A DNA stretch of 55,145 nt, filler included, from Sphacelaria rigidula (Eukaryota): the NCBI GenBank assembly GCA_964200075.2. It is 6 parts of 6 records of this genome, joined end to end, with 100 filler letters (N's around TTAATTAATTAA, not from the genome) between each part and the next. Parts side by side here need not be neighbours in the genome. Positions count along the whole stretch, not along the records: positions 9,210 to 18,317 come from CAXNAA020009282.1; positions 18,418 to 27,525 come from CAXNAA020009283.1; 4 more parts are not named here. One strand, given 5' to 3'. The notes beneath the pieces were generated by a model. The model was given only the letters and a program-made list of their open reading frames with translations, had not been told where the DNA came from and did not search any database. Shown here piece after piece: positions 11,148 to 24,276 of this stretch (within the stretch, counting starts at the first letter, position 1; each line of letters starts with the position of its first letter). Made by a program: the position numbers and the translations under genes.

Positions 11148-14100
11148 TAGGAATGATCTTGCACCCTGTAGTCATGAGAACATTGACCACGCATCCCTAC
11201 GAAGTCGGGAAGAAGCACGCCGGGTTTTCGTCGGACCTGGCTCGCAATTAATCACCAAGCACCAAGCACCGTGTCGTGTTCGGCGAGGCTCATGAAGAGT
11301 GAGCTGCATCCCGCTGAGATTGTTCGGCCCGAAGCGTGTGTGTGTGGAGGGGGGTTGGGGATACAGAGAGGGAGAGAGGGTATGTGGACGACGCTTTTTT
11401 GGGATATGCGCACGAGGCTCGTGTGAAGAAACTTCCTTGAAAAGGAAACGGCAGCGGACGGAGCTTCGCGAGTGACTCCCGGGGGTTGTAACGATCCAGA
11501 CATGTTGTGGATGTGGGGTAGGAGCTGAAGCTGCACTTTTGCCAACATGTCCCCCTTCCCCTACCCCACCACCCCCCTTATTTTAGAAATTGGTTGTGTA
11601 TTGTAAGTCCTTGAGTCATCATGAGTCATTATTCAGGAGTTGAAGAAAAAAGTGATATCTGGTTATTGGAGAGGTTTGTCATCTCTAGTTTTTGTCTTCT
11701 ATGTATGTCTTGGCCTTTGTCTTAATCTATCCGTTTTTTTCATTTTTTTCTTCGTCTACTCTATTTGTCTGTTTTACCTTCTCCGTGTTCGTCACTTTTC
11801 TTCAGCGAGTGTTCCCATTTTGTCTTTTTCCCGCGAGTACGAGACCACTGCTGGATCCCTGGGGGATCAGCTGAGGGTATGGTGATGAATGAAAAAAATC
11901 AACATCATGATGCCTATTTTCGCAGCGATAATTTTGTTGAAGCGTGTCCCGCTACACCCTATGGTGGCGCCCAAGAAATGAGGCTCATGGCGTGCAGAAG
12001 AGGACGTGTTTGCTATTATCAATAGCGCTCTACAGATGAAGCTGGTGAAAGGGTGCAGGACTGCAGGGCACTATTTACCCAACGCTGTGCAAATGACAAC
12101 GTCAGTCTGGACAGGCTCATTTCCTCGCAGTGATTTCCATTGGTCCTATTAGGTAGGGTATCACATGTATGCGGGCGTGTACCGTTGCGCACCTGTGTTC
12201 GTAGTGCGCTCACGGAGGGAGACACATATCGCTCATCTTGAGGCCTTGGTTGTCTCCTCACTTGATATCATGACTGGCCATGCGCCTCTTCCTTGCCCCC
12301 GTGATACGCACGTAAGAGGCGCATGGTATGAGATGAAATCAAGCAAAGAGACAACTCAAAGCCTATATATGAGCGATGAGTGTTCTCTTGAGCGCACCAC
12401 GGACACACCGGTGCTGGAGTTCCACCCGCGAACATGTGATACCCTACCTAATAGGACCAACATAAACCACTGGCGGATAAAAGTCGGCCCAGCCTGTCCT
12501 GTCGTTGCTACTGCATTTCCGCCTTCCCTCCCCGCTTAACGCCATGCCTTGCCGTCGGTCGTTTTCACGCAGCGCGATGGCAAGATGGCTGGGCCGTAAA
12601 ATTATCGAATCCTCCTCCGAAAACGCTTGGGATTACCGGAAGAGGGGCGTTTGACCCGGGGTCGGGGGTCCCCACGGATCCCCTGTCCACCGCCGGGGGC
12701 GGCACCGGCGTGGCGCAGCAGTCGGCGAGCGATGCGGCGCGGGGAGCTTTTACGATCGGTTTTGTGGGCAGCGCGATCGGTGTGGTGGTGATCGTGTCCG
12801 CAGCGCTGTGTCTGCTGTTCAAGCGAACTTCGTACGTGGGAGGAGGTGGGTGTGTGTATGTCGGTGTCTGGGGAGTGGGGCGTACGCATGATCTTGCAAG
12901 CCGTAGTGAAATAATGACCGTTGGCCCCGCATCCTTACTAAGTCGGGACGGAGCACGCCCGGGTTTTCGCCGGACCAGGCCGGCAATCCGTCATCGAGCA
13001 CGAAGCGCCGTGAGGTGTTCGGCGAGTCGGATAAGGGGTGAGCTGCATTCTGCTGAGACTGTTCGGCCCGAAGTCTACTGATTATCTTGCGTATGGATGA
13101 CAGCCCACGAAGAGCTGCTTCATTTTCTGGTACCGTCACTTCCAGAGACAGTCCACGGGTTACACACTGCCTCATGGGTGTCTCACCAGGGAAATACTAC
13201 GTAATACAATCATCCCCTCTGTGCGGAGTTCGGGTTCTCAACCCTACACAATATGATCCAGCTCGACCACCATCATGGTTACCGCAAAAGAAAAACGCAA
13301 GCAACCCTCCTCCCCCCCCCCTCCCCCTCCCCAATGGTCTAATGACTATGGCATGCATAATCATGAGTACACCCCCTCCCCCTCCCCCTCCCCTCCCCCA
13401 GTAACCTAGCTGCCTAGGTTACGCAGTGTATGAGGAGTGGGGATACATATGGTTCAAAGGTTCCAGCGTTTGCAAGGCGTTTTGGCGACATGACAGGCGT
13501 TGCACATGTGTGTGTTTTCACTCGTCCCCATGTTTTTTCTGAATCGGTTCAGAGATGTTCTGACATGTGAGATTTTTGCTTTCTGCCATTTGGGATGGCC
13601 ACGCGAGACTTCTGGCGGGTTTAGAGATGTTCGCGTATTTTTTTTCCAAGTTTCTGCTCCGTACGGTACGATTTTTTTGTATTGTGTGTGCGCGTGTTGT
13701 CTTCCCATCTATTCTGGACGCTTGTCGGTACCCTTCGGCATTGTGGGCGCATCAGCAGGGGTCACACAGGCGGAAGGTCAACATAGTTTTTTTGTTTTTG
13801 TTTCATTTGACCGTTGACCGCGCGTCCCTGGTGTGTTCATTGAACCCCCGGGTAGGAAACTACTTTTCATTCATCCATTTTGCTAATCGTTCAAGTATTT
13901 CAACGTACTTTTGAAGTATCGAAATGTGCTGCCATGCGCACGGTATACGTAAAAACGGTGGATACCACCCTCAAGTTCACGGTAGACAGCACCCACAGGG
14001 ATGGCTTATTTCTCATTCTCTGCACCGCCATGCACCCCTCCCCCGAATCTGAGTTGACCACTGTTATGTACATACTGCTATTCATCATCATCTGTTCAAT

Positions 14101-15053
14101 GTGTTGGAACCTGAAAATCTTCAAGACGCGGCCTGGATTACCGTGGACATGCCCCAAGTGGTCGATCGCAAGCGTCTTTTTTGTGCTCTTGTTTTTCATT
14201 TGTTTGTCTCTTGTTTACCGTTCGTGTCTGTGTATCTGCATGCTCTGGGGGCGTCTCGGCGTTTTTTTTCCGATTGAAAAAGTGCGGTGGAAAAGAAAAA
14301 TTCAGACCCATCAGTTCTGTCCGCGTCATACTTTTCGAAGTTACCACCTATCAGATCGGAGTTTCGTTTCCGCCGCACTCTTTCGATCGAAAATAATTTG
14401 CGAAGACTCGGCCTGAGGACTTCACCCGCGCATGCGTTACTATACTTTGACGGAAATGATCACGTCGTCAATCCGGAAACTTCGGGCTTGTAGCGTTTGA
14501 ACCAAGTTCGCTCACAACACCGCCCGCTACACTCACACACATCGATCTCACCACACCCACATCCTACACCATACCCACCCCACTCCTCTGCCCGAATATC
14601 CCCACCGTTCACTCCACAGCTCTCTCCGCGTGGAAATACGAAACGAACAAAAGCGTCCTGGGCGGTCTCCGGAGACGGCATCGCATGTCAGCATCTGACG
14701 GGAGCGGAATGAGCGGCGGACCGAATGGATCCGCCGGAATGAGCGGCAGCGGCGGCAGCGTGCACCACGGGTCCGCGCATGACAGAGACAGCGTGGAGCT
14801 GACCCTGCTGTCGTGTGAAGGTGGCGATAGCGGCGGCGTGTCCTCTCCTCTCGCTTATAGCCGGCACGGTGGCGGGTGCGGTGGCGTTGGGTCTTCTTCG
14901 GCGATGGGGGCCGGTGGGGCGTTAGGCGCCGGGGGGGAGGCGTTTGGCACCGGAAGCGCTGGGGGTAGCGCAGGCGGCGTCGGTAGTGGTGGCAGGAGAG
15001 AAGCGAGCAAGAGCTCTCCTACCGGCTTGCGACCACCTACGTTTTATTTGTGA
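10651..15053 (+). CDS. 3' part (exons 10651-10897, 12573-12845, 14620-15053) of a single-pass membrane protein with SBBP-like beta-propeller repeats and a Gly/Ser-rich tail
   Basis: AG/GT boundaries join in frame (phase 1, phase 1) to give LDGRSGALVWGEQFGSAADDHAVGL...LYLTGWTRGALYSDVPARWQDGWAVKL..., a hydrophobic helix FTIGFVGSAIGVVVIVSAALCLLF followed by KR, then a low-complexity tail ending PPTFYL*. Upstream exons are not identified. Confidence 0.75.
11630..11877 (+). repeat. Interspersed repeat: pyrimidine-rich body ending CTGGATCCCTGGGG(G/A)ATCAG(C/T)TGA
   Basis: Same terminal motif and T/C-rich body at ~45090-45277(+) and ~8926-9109(-), on three different contigs. Confidence 0.6.
12128..12472. 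mobile_element. MITE in intron with ~45-bp terminal inverted repeats
   Basis: CAGTG...TTGGTCCTATTAGGTAGGGTATCACATGT pairs with ACATGTGATACCCTACCTAATAGGACCAA...CACTG; no clear TSD. Confidence 0.7.
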
Positions 15054-17189
15054 CGTCATCTGGTGTTTGGTGTGGTTGGGGGAGAGGGGAACGTGTTGAT
15101 CGGGAGTGCCTCGCGCGGCGATGGAGACCCTCGTCCGAATTACCGCTGGTGCAGTGGGGGTCGCGCTATAATGTGGTGGGTTGCCGACTTCGTCTGGCCG
15201 CACTAGTGGGAGACCCCTTACTGTACTGGTTATATTTATATATATATATATACATGTGATGCAATTGGTTGACGACATCATAGCGCCATATTTTGACTGC
15301 ACTGTGGTGGGATCCCTATTGCATTGTTAATTGTAGTCCTACATGGCTTCCAGGCTTTGTGCGGCTGGTTGATGCCGGGGGTTACCTAGCGGAAGAAATT
15401 AGTAGGGATATATATATATATATATATATGCGAGTCAAAGAGAATCGCGTGTGTGTTGGGTTTTCGGTGTTGAAATGTTCGCAGGGGATGACGTTGAATG
15501 GCGTGCAGCTGCTCTCATCATGAGGAAGAGGTGTACGGGCCTTGAGCTCAGGGTGTTCGCAGCAGAGGTCTCCCCAACCCGACTCCCCAGATTGATGGTT
15601 GGAAAAATATTCGTTTTATTCATGCAACCATCATATTCGGATCTTGACAGGGATCATAGTCCGAAGGGCACGGCACCGCAGGTGCCGGTTTGACCCGTGC
15701 CAACGCACACTTTGCCGACGACACTTCATGTACCCACTCCCCTCACTTGTTGTTCTGCGGTCCTGCGTGGGGTTGGGGGTAGAGTTAGGGGTAGGAGTTT
15801 AGCCTTGAGCTTTGGCGAAAAACAACACATGTTCGACCTCAAATTTGGGGGGCCAGGTTGCCTAGAATACTCCACCCGCATTCACTCTGTCCGTGTAACG
15901 GTATCTCGTAGCAACCCCCCCAGAAGCTGTTCCCGGGCATGTGGAGGGTATGTGTAGTGGCGTGCCTTGCAGATACAACATATTTATTTCATGTTAAACG
16001 GGGTGTTTTCGTCGGTGTTATTGAGGGCACGAAATGTGCAGGGTGGGCTAGTGTCTGTTTTGACTATTGTATAGTGGGCAGCGTCATTTGCCGTTTTTTG
16101 GCGCAGCGACTTTTAGTGTCAGGAACAGACGATATATGACTCAATGCCCGTGCTCCGCCATTTCTCACCAGCTCCAAAATTTCATGTTTTATTTTCCCAT
16201 GTACCGGCCGGCGGAGCTGCCATTGCTGTACCTTGATATTTATGAAGTGTAGGTTTGCCCGTGAGCCTCCAGCACAGGGCACGTGAGGGGGAAGACAATC
16301 TGTCTAGGAAAGTGTGTCACTATTAAGAATGACTAGTACTGCAGTGTAAACATCGACGTTGCTTTTCAGGCAGGCGGTCTTATTACATGCCTGGAGGGCG
16401 ATGGATGATTCCAAATCCATCCGGTCGGTCCGTTCTTTTCCCAGGGGCTCCCTGTCTCGGTACGCGTCGAAGAGCCTTGTACCAGTCACAGCGCAAGCTC
16501 GGACCTTCATTGGCATCTAAGCATCCAAACATCTTGAACGCTGCTCTTTCTTGCACGCATATAATTGGAGTGGTTTCATGGGGGGTAAACTGCTGTACTT
16601 GTAATGACTGGTGGGGTGGATGCCATTGTCTAAGTTTGGGGAGGTCGTTGTCGCCAGTGTGTTTGTTTCCTTGGATCTTTCGTATATGATAGCGATCACA
16701 GTTGCACGAATGTATACAGTCGTTGTTGCTTTTCCTATCCAGATGTTTTCTGTTGAGACCGGGTGTCCCCATGTTCCTTCCACCGTGCAGTACCTACCTA
16801 CGCCTATGTGCCCCCCATGACGTGTGTCATGGTGATGTAGGACGTGGCCTAATAAGATTGGTGAGTCCAGCGGACGTGGATTCAGTCTGGAAGTACTGTA
16901 GGCTGGGGCTGGGATTGAACCCCCACTGACTGGTCAGTAGTCTAGGTGGTTGTCTCTTAAACCGTCACACATTCCAGGAATATCATAATAATTAGCCCTT
17001 GTGCGCGGTGTTCTCCTCCGTTCGCACCAACACCAATAATAACAGTGACGACTCACCTCAAAATGAGTTGAGGTCCGTTTCGTTTCAGTGTGTGACAAGC
17101 AGACACTATCTCAGAGGGTAGGGGCAAGCGTTTGTGAGCTTTTTCGTATAGTAGCTGCTTCACGGCGGGAGGGTGTAGTTATACTACTA

Positions 17190-17948
17190 CAGTAGCGGGC
17201 CCTGTATAGTGCGGGTCATATAGGGCGGGTGTCCGATATTGTGCGGGTGAAATCGCTTGGCACAACTTAGACCCCTCTATAGTGCGGTACCCGCACTATA
17301 GAAGGAGGGCCTCTATAATGCGGGTTTGGTTCAATCCATGACCCTATATAGTGCGGGTCTGACGTTACCCCCGCCCTAGATGCGGTCAAACCACCGCGAA
17401 CACATGCACAAATCACGCACAAAACACAACCACCAATGGTACAGCACTGGGTGAGGGTGTCGGGATTGTGTTGAAACGGCGTCGCGTGTAAGTTTCGTTT
17501 TTTTTCATTTGAACTGTGTGGTGAAACCTGTGATAATTTTATTCATACGTAGTAAAGAAGTGGAACGGTGAAAACAAAATGAACCATCCATGGGACCTTG
17601 CACACACAGCCTGTTGGTACGCTCACGGTATGAACATGTCATGAACCAGGTACGGTACAGCAGTACTGTCCTCCTGCACTATCGTTTCACCCGTGTTCAG
17701 GTTGCGGACACTGCATTTACCGCTGCAATACGCTGTCCTTTTCGCATCATGAACAGGCGCAGGTTCCTATCCGTGTAGACAACACATCCAACACCCTGTA
17801 TGCCTTCATACACCTCGCCGTAGGCTGCCTCGTATCGTTTGAACTAGTATCCGGAATAGTGCGGGGAAGCGCACTAATCAGGACGGTTTTTATATAGTGC
17901 GGGTAAATTTTCGTCACGCATACCCGCACTATATAGGGTCACCTACTT
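17190..17948. mobile_element. pogo/Tigger-like non-autonomous element
   Basis: TA|CAGTAGCGGGCCCTGTATAGTGCGGGT left end and ACCCGCACTATATAGGGTCACCTACTT|TA right end; many subterminal TATAGTGCGG motifs in both orientations. Confidence 0.7.
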
Positions 17949-18317
17949 TACTACTGTGTTATCATCGAGTAAAGAATTAAGTCAAACTTCGACGATTGAC
18001 AACGGAGATGGGTGCGGGGTGCCGGGCTGAAAAAAGTCGCGCAGGCTCCATCTGCGTCAGCGCGGCACCCCCCGCGTAGAGGCCGCCAGAGGCAGAATGA
18101 AAGAGGGCAGGATTTTGACGTCACACGATTAGCGAAAAACAGCCCTCCGAAACGACATCGCCCACCATCGACGATAACACCCCCGCAGTTTATTTTAATT
18201 TCCAACAAAATGATAGAACTTACGTCAGTCTTCGTTACAGCATGTGTGTCTGTGTGTGCTGCCGTCCCATTTATTCTGGGCGCCAGTCTGCACCTTTCGG
18301 TATATGTGGGCACACCA

Positions 18318-18417
18318 NNNNNNNNNNNNNNNNNNNNNNNNNNNNNNNNNNNNNNNNNNNNTTAATTAATTAANNNNNNNNNNNNNNNNNNNNNNNNNNN
18401 NNNNNNNNNNNNNNNNN
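18318..18417. other. Artificial contig spacer
   Basis: N44-TTAATTAATTAA-N44. Confidence 0.98.
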
Positions 18418-19989
18418 GTGGTGTGTGGTTTTGGGGGGGGTTGGGTGTGGGGGGGGGGGGGGGGGGGTATGTTTTCAAGACAAATTACTTGATGGTTTCA
18501 TTATTTTGTGTGTGCTGTTTGTACTCCAGTGACCTGCAATGCTGTCGTGCGCTTCCATCTACGCGCCCATATCCTTCTCCGGGATATCAAAAGCCCCGGT
18601 GGCAAAGTATGAAGGGAACGATATCACCGCCTCGCGCAATGCTCGAAGGGGCATCGCGAAGCTGATATTTTTTCATCAATTAAATGATGTCCTGCCGATC
18701 GGATGGTACAGTCGCAACCTCGCGAAAACATCTGCCTACATGGCCCGAGAGGAGGTAGGGGTTTGCTGTCTTCCTGCGGCCGTTGCAACACGGGGGTGCG
18801 GACATCATCCGAGAAATAATTTAATTGTGATTCAGGAGCCTGTAGGGGTGCACCTTTCAGTTTAAAAAAATTCTGAGGCTGAACTCTAAGGCTCGCCCAC
18901 AACATCGTTGGGGTAGAGAGGGTCCTACTGTGGTGAGCTCAGTTTCATTCAGGTACCTCTCACTACGGCAAAGAGCACCAGAATACGAAAAAAACATCCG
19001 TGCGATGGTATAGGTCTTGAGAGTTGCTAGCGTGCGAGCATTTCCGTTTGTTAATTAACATGTATCTCCCGCTGTAACCAAAATGAAACGCCTTGGTGTT
19101 TTCCTCTGAAATGACTTCCTCTACATTGCATCGAACAGTGGAGACATCCCCGGTTAGGCCAACCACCACCGCTCGCCACCGATAAAGGTACCGTGGACGG
19201 GAGAAAATTTCCGGCACGATGTGAAAGGTGACTCCCGGACGTTAGTTTATAGTACTGGACCGAGGCCCGCGGTGTGGAAGAATCGCTGCAGAAACGATAT
19301 TTCAAATAAACTGCAGACGCCGGCGCGGCGGGCACACGTGACATATACACGGGGCAGACATTTCAGGGGCGGTGTTGCCCACAAGCGAGAGGATGAAGAT
19401 ATTTTGTTTGCAACACTGCCGCCCCGCCGTCGTGACGCCTTCCGCGGCATGTTGTGCCTTCCCTATTGTTGGCCTGCGGATCAGCGACCGCTTATGGATG
19501 GGGAACACAAAATCCCGAAGTTTTTCGCACACAAATCATCCTGCGTTTTGTACACACACCCCGTCTTCCAATTACACAGTGTGACAGCCTGCAGTGCTGC
19601 CAGCTCCATTAACATTGGTATTGAGTCGCCTCATACTCGTGAATCATTGCACACTCCGAGACAGGAGCACCCAACCGGAACTTACGGTCACCGGCGCGTC
19701 AACGAACATCCCTGTCGCAAGTGCAATGTGCGTGGGATGGCATACCACAATTTACGGCATCACCCGCGACAACTTCACCAACTCTGCCCTAAAACCTAGT
19801 ATCCCGCGGCTCCCCCTTTATCGCCATCGTCACGCTCCGGTATTCCCCAATGGCCACGTTGCGAGTGTCTGCCAACACCTGGTCACGAACGGGGATACGC
19901 GCGGTGAACATGGGTGTCCCACACGGACGGCGTCAGGGTTGCTAGTCGTGCATGTTGCATGTTGGGGTTGGATAACCAGTTCACGGAGA

Positions 19990-20156
19990 AAAGATATGTA
20001 ACGGATTTTGGTGTAATTTATGGAATAAACGTAATGAGCACCCTAGTGTTGGAGGTTTATCTATTAGCAGTAGGAACGATGCTCCGTCTAGAAAGGGATC
20101 CGTGGTCAATGGTCGAAGGACTAAGGCAATAAACAATTGACTTCTCCCCCCCCCCT
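19990..20156 (+). mobile_element. 3' fragment of the C-tailed LINE-like element
   Basis: Encodes GEKICNGFWCNLWNKRNEHPSVGG...APSRKGSVVNGRRTKAINN* followed by a C run; homologous to ~46435-46620. Confidence 0.65.
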
Positions 20157-20399
20157 GTTATGCTCACCTCCCGCGTCCACCATGATATCCGCTCGACCTG
20201 CACTCTGTCATGCCAGGGTTGCCCATTCCAGGTACCTGTCGACCTCGTCCATGCCGCTGTCTTCGCTGAAGTGAGACCATGTATCCGAGGAGGTGCTGTC
20301 GTCCGTGTCCGACCCCAGCGCCTTGGGACCGGCGCTTTCATGTTCACCACTCTCACGTTGCCCTTCCTTCTCTCACCGTAACACTTCGGGGTATGAACC

Positions 20400-21790
20400 C
20401 GGCACTGTAGCATTGGTCGGGTCGCGTCGCCCCTCACAGCCGCAGAGAATGGGATGAAAACCTTCGCCCAATCTCGCGCAAGTGCAACCGCGCCGGCATC
20501 TGTGCCTCTCCGCCGCGTCAGGGTTACACCCACACGTAAGTTGCTTGATTTTTCCCGTTTTGTCGATCTATGCATGGTCGGACAAGCTGAGGACAGTGTC
20601 GTCATGTCCCACGGCCTCACCTGCCTTGCCCGACGCCGTACTCCACCCGCGATCCTTGAAGTCGACATCGGGCATGGAATCAGCCATCCCCCCCACTCAG
20701 TATTCCAAGACAGCAGCTACTCGCTTGACCTGGTACCGCAACGCGTCCTCTGGTGGGACCAGCTGCCTTGGCTTGGTGCCGCCCATCTTCCACGCCAACA
20801 ACCTCACCCACTTCACGAATGTTGCCGTGTCTCCCCCGGCCTGATTGTGAAGAATATCCTGGGCGCGAGTTCCATCCGTAAAGAATGCGGATTCCCCTTT
20901 GTAGTAAAATACTACAGCGAGAAACTTCACCACTTCACCCTCACCGACGGCCACTGATCCGCCCTCGAATCGCAACAGCGCCTTCGGGAAGAGATCTGGG
21001 ACGCGCAGGCCTTTGAGGCGCCTGCCACATAGATTGCAAAGGTAGGACATGGAAGCAGGTCAGGAAGTTACAACCGCTCAGCGAGAACACCAGCACAAAA
21101 AGGGCGACCGTCATACCGCGTTCTTCGGCCAACCACGTGCTACCCCCTTCCCACACGCTCATAGCTCCGTCTTGTACATTCGTGACTGCTTCGTACACGC
21201 GATTGAAGTTGATATAATCGACGTCGTCGGCGAGTCGGCGACGGACGGGTCTCAGGATTCGCTATTGGACGCCCCTGTTGCCGCCGATACAGCTGCGGCA
21301 GTCAGCGTAAGACGGGAAACGGAGCCCGTGAGCGCCCGGTGGTGTACTCCAGTGCCCACAACGTCGGCGCCGAAGATGCGGGATCGGCTCCTCTGCTGTC
21401 GGTCCACTTGATCCCACGCGGAATCCATCAGTATCCGGGGGCGCATCTGTTCTCTTATCGATATGCGCATGCGGGGTGGCGCAGCTTTCCGATGCGAGCC
21501 CGTCGTGGAGGACGAGGGCGTGTCCATCATCCGGGGTTTCTTGGTTTCGAAAAAATAAAGGAGCCTCGGGTGTTGACAGCGCGGCGCCGCCTGGGGGGCG
21601 GGGGCAACGGCGACGAGTCGAATTTCAGTGCTTCCCATACGAAGGGCTGCGTGCGAGCGGCCCACGATTGATCCTTGAACGAGGCAAGAAAAGTCAAAGT
21701 CGCCGCCTCTCATTATGTCGTCCTCTGCATGACAAGCACTTACCAGTGAGGTGTGCGGGCTCTTCTGCTTAGTATCCTGCGGCCACAAAA
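20400..21790 (-). pseudogene. Degenerate AcademX-like transposon protein: XPG/FEN-like nuclease region plus C-terminal Cys-rich finger
   Basis: Across frameshifts and stops, in order: CHAEDDIM, DYINFNRVYEAV, ALFVLVFSLSGCNFL, LVPPEDALRYQVKRV, a GW motif, then LTCGC-x9-CRRGCTC...LCGC. Confidence 0.65.
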
Positions 21791-22422
21791 CGTATGTCTG
21801 CTAGGCTGCCGGCCGGCACCTGCAGCCGGTCGCGCATGCGCATTGGAGGCAATGTGTTACCTGGGGATCGTCTGCGGGAAGGGGGAGGGTGCAGCTCGGT
21901 ACCCGGGTCGCCCACGTGACAGCCTTTTGGTGTACGATGAGTCCTGTTAGGCGGGCTTCCATCGAAAAGTGAACATAACTTTTGGAGCAGTCTCCGATAC
22001 AAAACGATTGCCGTAACACCGCGTGGTGTTGGCGCTTGGCGGCTACCAGTTGCAGCCAATTCCATAATAATATATTTGGAAAAAAATGAGCTTCATCCCG
22101 CAAGCAATGCTTTCGCCACACTTTCAGTGACTGTGCTCGGGGATTTTTTCCGTAGCTGAATGCATCCCGATGGCGTAGATACTTCATTCCACGCCTCCCA
22201 CCAAAACCGTAAGAGTACAGCACTGAGTGCAATCCTCATGTTACCCTGATATCGGTTGGGGGGGGGGGTGAGGACCTCCCCCGATCCGGGCTCATATTCG
22301 GGGAAAACCGTTCACAAACCGTGACATACAAATCCGAGCGTCCCTCATTTGGGCCATATTTGGGTCCATAAAAGGCGTTTCACGGTTTGGGTTCCCCCGA
22401 TCTGCGTACAAACCGGTTTTTG

Positions 22423-22770
22423 TGAGACCATATTTTATGGCAACGATTCTCGATTTGTACAAATGTGAGAATTTCAGGTCGTCTACAGGCGATTTTCTCC
22501 CGTGGATTGATTTTTCGGACCCCAATTCGTTGAGCAATGTTTTTCTGATAGCTGTGAGCAAACCAGATATTTCTCCGATTTTCTGTGCGTTGACTATTGA
22601 TACATCACCTTTCTGCTCAAATCGGGACACTCCCGCATCTCCACCAATCACGGACTGGGGTCCAAAAAATCAATCAACGGGAGAAAATCGCTTGTAGACG
22701 ACCTGAAATTTTCGCACTTGTACAAATCGAGAATTGTTGCCATGAAAGATGTTTTGACTGCCATAAAAAA
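22423..22770. mobile_element. Second, partly deleted copy of the 3889-4350 foldback MITE
   Basis: Shares TTTTATGGCAACGA...GGCGATTTTCTCCCGTGGATTGATTTTTCGGACCCC and its reverse complement. Confidence 0.8.
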
Positions 22771-22919
22771 TGCTCTTATTAGAACGTCAAAAATACGAAT
22801 AAGAAGTTCCTAGATTTTTTCTTTTATTTCTGGATATTAGCCCGATCTCTCGAACCCGTGGTCAGACGCAGGCTCGTCTTTGCAACACCGTCCCTGTTAT
22901 TCCTTACAAGAGGTACTCG

Positions 22920-23355
22920 TCATTTCATGTCTGTATCCGGGCTGCGTTATGGTGGGTTGAAAAAAAAGGATAGCTAGCTTCGTTATTCCATATTCATGTC
23001 CGGGGTGTGATATAATACAGTAGGTTACACAAAAAGGAGGATTAGCTTCTTCATTTCATGTCTACATCCGTGCTGTGTTATGGTAGGTTGAAGGAAGAGG
23101 GATTGTTAGTTTCTTCATTTCATATCTATGTGCGGGCCGTGCTATGGTAGGTTGAAGAAAAGCGACGGTTAGCTTTTTTTATTTCATGTCTATGTCTGGG
23201 CTGTGCTGTGCTATGGTAGGTTAAAGAAAAAGGGGGGTTAGCTTCTCTGTTTCATATCCATGTCCGGGCTGTATCATGGTAGGTTCACAAGGAACCGGAG
23301 GTTTAACTTCTCCGTATCATGTCTATGTCCACGCTGTGTTATGGTAGGTTGAAGA
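22920..23355. repeat. Diverged tandem minisatellite, ~7 units of ~62-69 bp
   Basis: Recurring TTCATGTCTATGTCCGGGCTGTGTTATGGTAGGTTGAA...TTAGCTTC unit. Confidence 0.85.
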
Positions 23356-24013
23356 TATTATACGTAGGAAAAGGATGGTTGAAGAAAAATATATGGGGTG
23401 TAAAAGGACATGGACATGGTCTAGAGGGCTTGTTTTGTACCAACGGTAAGAAGACGGCAAGTGCAAAAGGGGATGTAGTGCGGTACTTTACACTGTCCTA
23501 ATACCTGGCGTTGCCGATTTTCCAATCTCAGAAGTGCGCTATCAGACGGAGAAATGTACGCGAAGATCGTTCCCAAGCCTTCAATTGCTGCTCGTGCCGA
23601 GTCCTCTGTGATTGTTGCTCAAGAGGAAGCAAGGAAACCAGCCTTGGAGGTGAATGGGGACCGGAAGCAGGTTTTGACCATCTCTCTCACCGTATCAAAT
23701 CCTAGACAAAGCGGTGGGAACATGGCGGGCCGAGCCTCTCGCTCGCAAATTGGCTCCTCGAATCAGTTTTTCGTCGCAAGGGTTCTCTCAACCCGGTGTG
23801 GGCGCCTGCCGTGGCAACAAGAGCCCGCGTCCCACCCATCCCAACACTGGCAGGGCAGCAATTGCAAAAGGGAACACATGTATCCCATTACACACAAAAC
23901 AGGAGGGCTCATCTTCACGCAGTCGCAGTCGCAACACTGATCACTCGTCACGATTCACTCAGGCGAGAGGAGCTAATGCGTACCGATCCTGTGAGCGGTG
24001 GAAATGGAGCCAT

Positions 24014-24276
24014 TGTCGGACGAATAATGATTCATCTGAAAATTTGCTTGCTTACTAATGCATTTGACTCGTTCCGTAAGAATCAATCCTTGGGCCTTTT
24101 TTTCTCAGCGTTGCGCCGCAATTACGCGCACCCCGAGCACGTGGAGTAAGTGAGAAAAGAAAATTGCATGAAAAATGTTTTGTCCCGCGGTCAACTGTAT
24201 TCTCTCTTGCGATCGATCAGGCCTAAGAAATCGTAGATTTAGTGATTCGAGCCAGCGATCATTTGTCCGGCCCTTG
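24014..24276. mobile_element. Copy of the ~250-bp MITE family also seen at 38662-38913
   Basis: GTCGGACGAATAATGATTC...GAATCAATCCTT...ATTTGTCCGGCCCTTG is colinear with 38662-38913; another left end lies at ~27462-27525. Confidence 0.7.

Noticed and set aside
10960-11200. Local duplication of a family A end around a long G run
   Set aside because: It straddles a 10-N gap and homopolymer-rich low-quality sequence; probably a scaffolding artefact.
16900-16980. Another tRNA-like head on the minus strand (GGTTCAATCCC)
   Set aside because: B-box only, with no clear A box and no second copy in the window.
22920-23355. Regular ~65-bp periodicity suggesting a CRISPR array
   Set aside because: Whole units are homologous with no unique spacers, there are no cas genes, and the context is eukaryotic: a minisatellite.
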